A stretch of 53,483 nt of DNA, counting the filler, from Streblomastix strix (lineage: Eukaryota): assembly GCA_008636045.1 (NCBI GenBank). It is 3 parts of 3 records of this genome, joined end to end, with 100 filler letters (N's around TTAATTAATTAA, not from the genome) between each part and the next. Parts side by side here need not be neighbours in the genome. Positions count along the whole stretch, not along the records: positions 35,732 to 53,483 come from SNRW01000681.1; 2 more parts are not named here. One strand, written 5' to 3'. The notes under the pieces were generated by a model, which was not told where the DNA came from, made no database searches, and worked only from the letters and a program-made list of their open reading frames with translations. Positions 42,161 to 53,483 of the stretch are shown piece after piece; positions within the stretch are counted from its first letter, which is position 1, and each line of letters opens with the position of its first letter. The translations under genes were made by a program, and so were the position numbers.

Positions 42161-43100
42161 TCATAATTTTAATATTAAGTATTATTCATATTGAATATTT
42201 AAATCATTTACATTTTTTGCTACTAATTTTGTAAAGAATATTAACAATTTTACTGTTTATAATTCACTGTATGGATTCACTAAATCAATTTTAACGTTAC
42301 CATTAACATATTCCATAAATATGCCAATATTATTGAAATAGTGTTAAATTTTATCAAATTAGTGGTTTGTTTTAAATGCATCAATGTGTAACAACAAAAT
42401 TTTACTTTTTTAATATTATTTAAGACCATATTATTTTTATAAATTTCCTATATCATTTAATTGTTATTTTTAGTGATAGATGTGTTATCCTTCTATTTGC
42501 TTATCATTTTGAACTTATATTAGACTGTACTTATTTTAGTAAGCAATGTGCGGTAAATGATTATAAAATTTACAGTTTATTGCATCAATTATTCATTAGC
42601 AGGTTCATAAATGTTATTACCGAATGCGTTTCTTATTATTCGAATTACTCTGTCAATAACTCTATTATGATTGGTGAATTTGTTGCCTATGAAGAATGTA
42701 TTTATGTTATTTTCTTTATAGAAATTATTTAGTAATTTTGAAGCATAAGCTCTCTCACCATCTCCTCTGATATAATCAATCCAAACGAGTGATATAAGCT
42801 ATTTTAGAGCATCAAGGATTGGAATTTATGATTTAGTTTTCACTGGAATCACTATCAAATATTTAGTGTTTACATTAATAACGAATTGAAATTATTTAAT
42901 TTCAACATTCTTTTTCATCATGGATACTTAATCTATTTCCCAAGAGTCATATAGTTGGGTGAGAAGTATGGTCTTTCAAATCTTGTTAATGGTTTTAGTT
43001 AATAGTAATGAAGTTCTAGGGTATTAGTTTAAGAATAAATATCAAATTAGTTCTTAATTTAGTAAGATGATATGTCATAATAACTATCTTTATGTATGAC
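42161..43100 (-). pseudogene. Retroviral-like (rve/DDE) integrase, frameshifted
   Basis: RPYFSP../SWEID..FVINVNTKYLIVIPVKTKS..IRGDGERAYAS..NHNRVIDRVIRIIRNAF../YNHLPHIAY. Frameshifts near 42955 and 42565; TGA at 42161. It may be fused to upstream sequence reaching ~44030. Confidence 0.8.
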
Positions 43101-44069
43101 ATCATACTTTGATTTGAAAGGTTATTGATTTTATGTTATTTTTTGGAAAAAGTTATCTTTCTTATATTATTTGTTTAATTTCTTTGATTTAAGTTATAAA
43201 GCATAACGACTTTGTCGCTGCTCTAAAGAGTCAGCTTTGATGGCTTTCCAAGGGAAGTACATTTTCTATGGATATTTCTCAGAATATTATAAGTTATATT
43301 AATTATATCATTTGCTAAGAGATTAGTCTTCAAAGTTAATAGTTTATGTTATTTAATTCAATACTTTGATCTGTTTTTAATTGAACTTATGATTCAGAAA
43401 ACTGGTATAAAATGATTGTTTTGTACTAATATTTTCTTATTAAAGCATTGCATTTATTTTTGTGCTTGGATCTATTTCATTATCTAAATTGAATTACTCT
43501 TATTCATTATCTGTTGCTGTTACTTGTTAAGTTAACTTATCAAGTTCATTAATAGAAGTAACTGACTAGCTTTGTTTTTAACTTTTAGTATCAAAGGTTA
43601 AATAGTCGGAGTATTCAATAATGATTAATTAATTCGTATAGGCTAATATACTTAAATTTAAGGTTTAGTTGATTAAGATCTTGATTCCGAATAATGTTTT
43701 TCTTTAATTCTTTCATATCTAGCTTAAGCAATTTATTAATCATTTTACTCCTATGCAATGATAAATTTATAGAAACCTGGATTTTCATCCTCAGTCCAAT
43801 TCTTATATTTATTTCACAATTTATTATAATCATCATTTGTTAAGTAAATGGTATAATAATATCCAAATTCAAAAACTCTTTTTAAACTAATCTTTGTCTA
43901 ATAATTTCTTCATATATGCCTTTAATAATATAGCATTAAATTTATTACTAAAATCATATAAATAATTATAAGCTAATGCATAAGAATCTATATTTTTCTG
44001 TTGATCAAGTTGTGATTAGTTTCTTTAAGCCATTTAATTTATAGTATTTAAGCAAAAATAAACAATCAA

Positions 44070-44681
44070 ATTAATTAAATTATATGATCTTCTGAATTTA
44101 TTAATGAAGATTTTTATAGATTAATTTTCAGTATAATATGCGCGAACATATAGAGATCTGATTTAATTTTTCAAATTGTTGTATAATATTCTATATTTTA
44201 AACCATTATAATAATAAAACTTATCTGTTTCTTAACTGTAGGAATAAAATTCAAACATATATGTACTATAATCATTAATAGTAATATCATCATCAGGGAG
44301 TTCATTAACATATTCATATATAACATCAGCATTGTATTTCGATTTATTTTTCTAATTCTATGAATTATTTACCCAGCGTAAATTTTATTTACAGTTATCG
44401 GCTTTAATTCCATTTTTGTGATCAATTTATGTCTTATCAATTGGGTCATCATTTTCAGCAAATTATTCTGCAACCAATCTGTGTAACATATATGTTTTTT
44501 CTCCAACTCTTCCACGCAAATACCCGCAATTATTTTTCATGAATTCAGGAATAAATCCATCTTCTTTTCTTCTGATAATCCATGGTTCTCATACTGAAAT
44601 TTCAAATTCACAATTAGCTTTATGAGTTACGAATTCTGTTTCTGTTTCAGAATCTATTTCCGTTTCAGACATTTTCATCAT
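44070..44681 (-). pseudogene. HNH (HNH_3-type, homing-endonuclease-like) nuclease
   Basis: EFEISV*EPWIIRRK..GYLRGRVGEKTYMLHRLVAEQFAENDDPIDKTQIDHKNGIKADNCKQNLRWV, then a frameshift into YEYVNELPDD..DKFYYYNGLKYRIL. Confidence 0.85.
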
Positions 44682-45370
44682 GGATAAAAAATAAAAATAA
44701 TGTCAATCTTATTTAATTATTCATTTATATAATTTTAATTTGCCAGTTTCACCCGACAAATCTTTGATTCACATGCGTATTTGAATTCTGTTTCATAGAT
44801 AGCTCTCCAAAATGCTTGCCAATCAATGCGTAATGATTATAATACTTCAATTACTACGGTTATATTTGTTGCTAGTGGAACAAAGAGAGCCGTTTTGATT
44901 TATGAAAAAATATACTAATCATACTTCAAACTTATAAACTATATCTTACAGTTTTTCTGTTTAATCATCTCTTGCATATCTATATCCATCAATAGCATTA
45001 TATGACCTGTTTTCTGTAGTATTTTCAACTTTTATCCAATGTATTTCCTTCAATAACTTTTCTCTCATTATTTTTAACATACTAACTGTAACATCATCTG
45101 CTTCATTTAAAGTCACTTCATCTTTTATTTTATTATATTAGATTAGAATAAGTTTATTTTATTAATCATTTGACTTATTTTTTGAATTCGTTTTCCGTTT
45201 ACATTAATTCATTTAATTTTCAAGTTATTGTAGTTATGATTATATTTCCATTAGTTTCTTGATTTATTTAGCATTAGAAGCAATTTCATTTATCAAATTT
45301 AATTGATGATCTATTTTTGATTAAATAAAAAAATACTATTATTCAACATTAATCATTGTTTTCATAATTT

Positions 45371-48300
45371 TCAATTAGACTTATCGCAAACACCGTATGA
45401 TTTAACTTTGTAGTCAAAGATAATATAATCCTTTGCTGTCAACCCTTAAATATAAGGACAACAACATTAATTCCTAAATACTATTGATCTATTATGGAAT
45501 CCAATTAGTGCATACTTTTCTACTTGAATGCTGAAAATAATATTATCGAATATTTTTAACGTACTATTAATACCTTTTTTCACTATATCTTTATTAATTA
45601 GATTAACGTAATCATTATGAGTTATTTTTTATGTTTGATTGATTCCTTTAGATATAGTTTTTGGATTAAATTCATTTTATTATTTTTCTTTGTTCTATTT
45701 GAGTACAATCATTGAATAGCACTTATGTACTAATGATGTAAGTTCATATCCTTCATTTTAAATACCAAATCCAAGTTTCTTTTTATAGTCATAGATGTCT
45801 TTATTATGATTTGGCAAATACTAATATATATGTTCATCATACAATTGTTTATCTGTTACTATTGATTCAAATTATTGATGACTGTCTTTATTTGGATCAC
45901 CTGCTATTGCTATATAAATTGAATCAGTATATGCAAGAATAAAATAGAATCGTTTGCGGTCTAGACATTTATACATGAAGTTATACATATAATTAAGATA
46001 CGAATGTCTCTCATTATTTAATGTTAAGACTCTAGATTAAAGTGATGTAAAACAAGTAGATGTTTTAGGTTAAATTTATATTGCAAATGTATTAACACTA
46101 ATACTTCTGGTACCAATGTGATTAGGATGATGTTATGCAAATAATGTATCAGCTTTATCTAATTTCTTTATCTTATCAAACTTCTCTGTATTTAATGTAT
46201 CATATGCATAAGAAGCATTAGTTATTAATTTAAAGAATTTCTCTTTTGAAGATCCTGCTAATATTGTTTATATTCTTTTATTCATCACTGTTCTAACAAA
46301 AGGCTCGTAAGCTGTATTTTTCTCAAAAACTGTAATAGATTTATAGTCAATAATGATAAAACCAAAATCAATAAGTAGCCATAAATTATATTTATTATTT
46401 ACCATAAATTAACCATTAATATCAGGTAATGTTGTAAATTTTCTATCTTTCTTAATCATTGGTAGAAAATGTTTTTGTGCTTACGAATACATATATTCGC
46501 CTCTCACTCCTTCTTTGTTTTCTATTTCAATGTTTCTAAATATAAGAAGAAGTGCAAGTATGTTATTGCATTCTGACTTAGGAAAATACCATTTGACTTT
46601 TGCTACAAATATGTCATTTCGTTGATGTATACAGTATTTGATTACATATGGTTTTTCTGAATAAAATCTCGATCTTCCAGCCATATACATTCTATGATCA
46701 GTGCAAGGAATATTTTCATTTTTGACTGATGAATATGAACTTGGATAAAGACTATTACCGTCAAGAGCAAATACATGAGTAGTGACATTTTCATTATCTT
46801 ATGAGATCACTTTGTTTGATTATTCATCATAAGTTAATTCATTTATATGAGTTTTACCTGCAATATTCTGTTTATAAAATATTGCTGCAAGACCACCTGT
46901 AATACATTTCCGAAGTAATTTATATATTCTTTCATCACTAATTGTCATGGATAAATTATGTTTAATTACATTTTATCTCAAATTGATATGTAATGATGCT
47001 ATCTTTGGATCTCTATTTACATACGCTATATTGTATGAAACACAAGAAGGCAAACAGTTATCTTTTGTATATAGAAGTTCATTATTTTATCTATTTAAGC
47101 TAAGAGGGTTATCGTAAGAAAATTTTTCACAACAAATTGAACACATTGATGTTTCAAATAACTTTTTATAGTAATCATAGTCATCAGCTATTACATTTTT
47201 CCTTGTTTCTCTACCAGCTTTATAATCTTATTTTTTTATAATTATAACACTTATTTTTCCTATACCCTGCTGTTAGTAAAAAAGGTTTCGCTTAAGTATT
47301 TGGATTGGAATAGTCAGCAGTAATATCAAAATCAGTGTAATAAACTTGAATTAAAACATTAATATCGGCATTAAATTTGGAAAGAATGTAAATTTAATAA
47401 TGTTTTGTTGCATATGCACATGAAGCAATTGAAATATAGGATAAAACATCAATATTGAATTGTTCAAATATATCAATTAAATTCATTAATTGTTTAACAA
47501 TAATCTCTGTATTATTATTATCATATTATTCGAGATATTCTAATCTGTTGGAGAATCTCTTAAAATTAACCAAATACTAATCATATTCATCTTATATAAT
47601 AAAATATCCTTCTTTGAGCAATAACTTAAAATATTCATATTCAAATTGTTCAGTTTTCATTAAAAGTTCATTATAATTCCTTGAGTTAATAACTTCATAA
47701 GGAAATACATCTTTATGTTCAGATTTGTCTTCATAATCTTTTACTCATATTTTTAGTGTCATTGTTCCAAATAGATTCTCTGCATCATAGAATTGTAATT
47801 TCATATGTGACCTATTGTATGTTACAGTAATTGATTTAGAATTATTGAGATCATCAATAGGTGCACCCATTATCTAAAGTTCACAATCTAATGAATCCCA
47901 TAACAGAACAATATCAAATCTTGAACTATTCCATGCTATTACTTTAACACATTTGTCAAAAGGATTATTTTCATCATTACACTACATACACTAATATATT
48001 TATTCTGCTGAATCGAAAGTTTATGCAAGCCATAGATGGACAAACGATGAGGAATTAGGTAATTCATACATCTCTAATAATTCCTAATAATTGTTAGTTA
48101 ATTCATCGAATAATGTTTAATTTCTCTTAACTAATTCATATGATTTAGCATTTATGCAGCCAACGGAGTTGGTATCTCTGTTTGGATGCACTTCTGTTAA
48201 TGAAATTGAAATTCTAGATAATTATAAGAGTAATGTTGTTTAATCTTTTATATTTTTCATAACTTAATCACTTAATATTTCAAAATCATATGTTATAAAT

Positions 48301-50066
48301 CCTCGCTATGCATTAAATTGATCCATTAATCCATAAGCTACTAAGTACTTTATAGTAGAATGACTTAATAATGATGGACATATTGGCATTGGAACATCAT
48401 ATTATAAGATTAATGGTTCTTGAGTTGATGATTTACATTTTTGAACATAAGTATTGAAATATTTATTTGCTCCTTTGATATTTTTTGAAAATATTTTTAC
48501 ATAATCATGGTAAGGTGGATAACTATGAATATCAGTAAGATTCGCTACGCAAGATACATACATTACATGTTACTCTTTTCCATCGCTATCGAGTAATAAG
48601 TCTAAAGTCAATAATTCATTATTAAATTAACAATATGATTTAAAAAGTCTATATTAACCTATTTTTCCTTCAAATTCTTCATGATAAGTATATATATTAA
48701 CTACAAAATTAAATATTTCAGTATATTTATTAATTTCAGTAGAGATATTAAATCCTTAATAATCTTTTAAATCTTTGCTAAGTGATTAATTTTTCTTAAC
48801 CGCATTATTATATATGTATTCAAACAATTAATATTTACTTATAATTCAGAAGTAATATGCAAATAATTATTTAGCAAAAGTTATTATTTAATGATGATCA
48901 ACTTTTATATCAATTTTGCTTCATATTCTATAGGCTAGTGCTATAAAGAAACATATTTTATAATCTGAATCAATGTAATGAACTGAATGCTATTTAACAT
49001 GTTTATCAAGATATTGCATTCTTGCTCCAGTATCTATTAGTTTATAAGTAGCAAACAATTCATTGAATTTTCCAACAATCAAATTTCTAAGGTCTTCATA
49101 TGTCCGTTCCATTAATTCTCTTAACTGTTTAAACATATCTACTTTGAATTATTCTTATGAATTCTTGTTAGTTATTGTTGATTATTTATGTTTGAAAGCA
49201 TTATCTAATGAAGGAATTCTACAAGAATATTCATAACTAGTTCCATCAAATTTTTCTTATAATAGAACTCCAAAATCAATTTGAACTTTAAATGGAAGTC
49301 CTTTGTACGAATCAAATACTTTATCTGCATATTAAGACAGTTGCTCTTACTGAGTTAGTTTATTAAAGTAATGAAGTTTATAAGTAATTTCATCATAAAC
49401 AGCTTCAGCAATTGCTTCATTATTTTTAAATTTTTTTAATCTTTTTACTGCTTTAATTGCTTCCTCTTCACTATCAACATCACATAATTGTAATGCTATT
49501 TATGACAATTTATTTACTCTTTTTGGATTCTCAATTATTGAAAATGTGTTAGGAAAATCATCTTCATTTTACATCAATAATTGATTCAGTTTATGCTAAA
49601 GTTTGTTAATTTTATCCTTATACATTCTATCAATATCAAATTGTTTAACTTTATATTATTCATTATTATCATAAGCTTCTAATCTATGTTTAATTTTATT
49701 AATTCTATCTTTATATATTCAATCAGCATCAAACTTTTTAATTTTGTATTAATTTATATTATCACATATTATCAATCCCTATTTTGCTTTATTAATTCTA
49801 TCACTATATATTCTATCAACGTTAAATTTACTATTGAAAAGGTAATGATATCTATCATACTACTTATCTATGAAATCTGATTAATTGACATCATTTTCTT
49901 ACATAAGTTATTGATATGATAATCCAAATTATTGCTGAAGAAAGTTTTGTCCATTATTAAAGTTTATTCTACATCCTGTATAATTTTAACCCTTTAATTT
50001 AGTTATTAATACAGTATGTAATGAACTGCATTTTTCTGATTCATTAGTAAGTCTAATAACAGCCAT
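45371..50066 (-). pseudogene. polB: Protein-primed family B DNA polymerase (pPolB), decayed
   Basis: ExoI FITYDFEI (~48290), ExoII VIAWNSSRFD (~47925), LQFYDAENLF, KDVFPYE, ITGGL, motif A ALDGNSLYPSS (~46755), motif B KLITNASYAY (~46215) and motif C AYTDS (~45925; first Asp lost). Several TGAs and frameshifts. Confidence 0.9.
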
Positions 50067-50177
50067 TATTTTAAAATTTTCTGTTTTTGTTTACTTAGAT
50101 AAATTTTAGAAAAAAAATAATAATCATCATTGACAATAATATTAATTTTTACCTATAAGTATTACTTTTTGTTGTGT

Positions 50178-50321
50178 TAATATTATACATTATTCATATT
50201 CATTGGTTATAATAAATAATAATATGCGTTGATGCTCAATTGACGTAAATATTGTTATATTAATATAATACATTATTCATATATATTAGCTATAATAAAT
50301 AAGAATATGCATTGATGCTCA
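50178..50321. repeat. Imperfect direct repeat (2 x ~61 bp, ~83-bp period) between divergent polB genes
   Basis: TAATATTATACATTATTCATATTCATTGGTTATAATAAATAATAATATGCGTTGATGCTCA versus TAATATAATACATTATTCATATATATTAGCTATAATAAATAAGAATATGCATTGATGCTCA. Confidence 0.8.
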
Positions 50322-50427
50322 TAGTTATTTAGCGTGGATGAATGTTGTTATTTTTATACGAAAAATCTTAAGTTCCAAAAGTTTTGTATACTATATCTTA
50401 AAATACTAACAATAAATTACTATTTAG

Positions 50428-53127
50428 ATGCATTAATTATAAGAATCACTATAAATAATAAATGAAATATTAAGAGAAGAATTTGATTTGAATGATATTG
50501 TTCATTAACCAAAGGAAATTAATTCAAATTATAAATAATTACTTGCTGAATAATAATTGAAACTTAAGTAAGAATTAATTTAAAATGAACATTTTCATCA
50601 ATAAGAGATTTAAAAATTGAAGAATAAATTAGAGAAATAGAATAATGCTGCTATATTATTCCAAAAGAATTACCGAGGATATATAGAATAATAATAATTC
50701 TAATAATCAATTATTGCCGCTAATTGGATTAAGAATAAATGAAAGAGACACAAACTAGGGCAGTAACTAAAATAGACACTCATCAATTCTAGATACAAGA
50801 GATAGATTGAAAAATCCTTTAAAATTCTAAAATACCTTGAAGTAAAATTTGGTGCAAAATAATTTAATAGAAGAGTGAAAAAACTTTATGATGAATATTG
50901 TGGATTACATAAGGTTCATTTTAGTGAACTAAGTATAACAAAAACAGAATAATTAAGTAAAAATAAGGAACTTGATTAGAAAAAATTTGTTATACTTACA
51001 CTATAGACCTTATCAGACTATTATTCCTCACTAGCTCAAGCACGCAAGAAATTCTAGGAGAAGAAGGAAATTAATATTGATGGACTACCTAATTCATTAA
51101 TGTAATCAAAAGATATAGAAAATAAAGTGCCATATGTCTAAAAATATTACAATCATTTCAATAACTTATGATAGCTGAGAGATAAAATTGACTATATATA
51201 TGAATTTGAGAAAGCAAAACCATATAGAAAGTATTATGATTTTGGATCTATCTGATGGGAAAAGTAATAAGTCTATAAGAATTAATAAACATCAGATGAA
51301 TATTATTACTCTTTCACAAGACCAAGAACTAATAACAGTTATAAGACTATATCTAATACAGCAGTTCGAGATAAATAAACTAATGACTATTTCAAATAGA
51401 ATATTGTTGATTTACTATCAGATTATTGCGATTGTCTTCATGAAGATTCATCAAAATTAAATGTAGCACTATTTTCGTTTTTGATTGTTATTTATAGATT
51501 ATTATTAGATATTAAAATATAGGAAATATGTAAACACTTTAGTAATGAATATATTTCTAGAGATATTGGTATTAAATATAACATATATTGATTTATTGTT
51601 ATTTCATTTATCTTACTCAATGAGATTTATAATAATTTGTATCAGATATGTGATGCAATCAAATTATTCTTCTAATTTCATGATATTAATCCAAATATCA
51701 GGTTAAATTTTACAAACGGATAATTACTCGAATCATATAAATTTTTAAATTTGTTAATAGAACCAGATAAAATTCAATAACTGTTCAAACTCAATGTTAA
51801 AACTAATATGTGAGCTGATAGTGTTATTAAAACGAAATATAATTAATTCGAATAATTCAACAATTTTGAGAAACATATTTTCTATCAAAATTTTCAAATT
51901 AATAATGAATTATTAGTTCAATTATCATTAGTTGATGAAGTTCAAGCAATTTATATTAGTGAAATCAAAAATTTTTAAAGAAAAATTAGTGTTTAACAAT
52001 TGTTAAATAATATTCACCTCTAAGAGATAACATTATAAACATGATTTGATTGGACATTTGAAATGTTGTAAAAGCTATGTATTGATAAAATTAGTTAAAT
52101 TTGATCTAAAATCAAAACAATGTTATAAACAAATTCCAAATAACAAATTATTACAGAATTTAATAGCGATTCTCAAGTAGGATTTACTATTATCAACTCT
52201 CAATTAAATAAAATTTGACTTTGAAATTGATAAAAAAACTTATTAATGATGTTGACTATCTAATTGTTTAGTTATAACCATTATCGATATCATCAACAAC
52301 AACGATAAATGATGTTATTAGTATCAAATACTTTGATTTATGAAATTATATTGAATTTTTTAGAGTAACAATTAAATTAATTGTTTGAAATTACTATTTT
52401 TGATAATGAAGCTAATTAGTTAAACATTCTAGAAAAATAAATTTTCGTCAAATAAATGCATCTGTTCGAAGCCGACAAGTTTTGAGAACAAGAAATTTGA
52501 ACAAATTCAAAGAAATTTAACATCAATTTAATTATTGAATTTCAAACTAAAAATTTAAACGAAATTACATCTTTGATGAAAACAACAATATGAGCTAAAT
52601 TAACCATCATATTCTATAAAAATTGTGTTTTCATCTATAGATTTATTTACATGTTATCGTTCATTTCATTAAATTATTCTTTAACGAAATTGGTTATGAA
52701 ATTTTTGGAGCATAAGCGTGAAGTCAAAAAGAATATTGTTGCAAAAAGATGATATTCCATCACGAATATTTCAAATTATGAGAATTATTAATAAATACTT
52801 GGATAAACAAACTTATTTGCTAAGGATGATTTTTAAGATAAACTTAATAATAAATACATTATTGATGACGATTATGAAAAATATCCTGATAATTGAATTA
52901 ATTTTGCAGACAAATGGGAATATTTTAAGAACCATAATTTTCATGATGTTTTCTGTATGATTAACTCAATAAATCACCTAATACAGATGATAGAGGAAGA
53001 GATTGTTGAAACGTTTGGATGTATGCCACATGATCAAATTGCTAGTCAAATCAAATAAAAATATTATATTGAAAAATTGGACGCTAAAATCAATTATAAC
53101 ACTGTAATGAGATTTATATATTATTGA
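50428..53127 (+). pseudogene. Second divergent pPolB-like gene (N-terminal and exonuclease regions) with N-terminal coiled coil and two IQ motifs
   Basis: AAILFQKNYRGY and AANWIKNK*KRHKL precede blocks collinear with the first polB: KPYRKYYDFGSI vs LPFKVQIDFGVL, IKFDFEI vs ITYDFEI, ENYQQILGQTNLF vs RNYNELLMKTEQF, and FADKWEYF vs FSNRLEYL. Frameshifts near 51980 and 52900. Confidence 0.65.
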
Positions 53128-53483
53128 ATTACTCAATACTGGTGGAATAATATAGTATAAATATACTTTTATAGATTAGTTTGTAAAATAAGATACATCT
53201 AATAATATTAGTGCAGATGATTTTGAATCTACTACGAATAAAGTTGCTAATGGAACATACCATCTCATTCTTAATAAATTCATTAAAAATAACCAACATT
53301 AGGCATAAGAAATAGTTTAATTCATCATACTTAACAAAATATGCGTGCAATGTGCGTTGTCAAATATGTAGCACTAATGCAATTTTAAAGGAATAACTTA
53401 AATTAACAAACATAAATATATTACTGTAACTAATGCAATCGTATTTTATAATGTATAATGGATAATTACTTATTTTCCTAATT

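Larger units (their letters stand above)
39790..53130. mobile_element. Degenerate Polinton/Maverick-like (pPolB + rve integrase) element region
   Basis: A co-oriented, apparently intronless cluster of pPolB, HNH endonuclease, retroviral-type integrase and small ORFs on the minus strand, plus a divergent second PolB-like gene. Boundaries are approximate. No TIR, capsid, ATPase or protease was recognised. Confidence 0.75.

Noticed and set aside
36889..53127. Selenoprotein explanation for in-frame TGAs
   Set aside because: The TGAs fall mostly at Trp/Arg/Gly-like positions in frameshifted element genes, not redox Cys motifs, and no SECIS was recognised.
53130..53483. Polinton terminal inverted repeat at the window end
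   Set aside because: No AG/AGT-repeat terminus or matching inverted copy near 39700-40900 was seen by eye.

Overview
This is AT-rich eukaryotic DNA that uses a non-standard nuclear code: TAA and TAG encode Gln, and TGA is the stop. The supplied standard-code ORF track therefore fragments every real gene. The window is three unrelated contigs of about 17.76 kb (1-17769, 17870-35631, 35732-53483) joined by artificial 100-bp N/TTAATTAATTAA/N spacers. The code, short GTTTG/GTAT-AG introns and mobile-element content point to an oxymonad such as Streblomastix strix (inference). Contig 1 holds a 5'-truncated S/Q/N/H-rich protein, a very long (~3160 aa) exocyst Sec8, a disrupted tandem ubiquitin-like gene, a nested tandem-repeat array and a fibre-like ORF fragment. 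Contig 2 holds a GC-richer gag-like ORF, the Prp22/DHX8 helicase, an expanded MROH1-like HEAT protein and a 5'-truncated kinase with a long helical tail. Contig 3 holds an intron-containing HAD phosphatase, two mariner relics and a decaying Polinton/Maverick-like region. That region encodes a retroviral-type integrase, an HNH endonuclease, a protein-primed PolB and a second divergent PolB-like gene carrying IQ motifs. All translations and alignments were done by eye; family calls rest on recalled motifs, not database searches.
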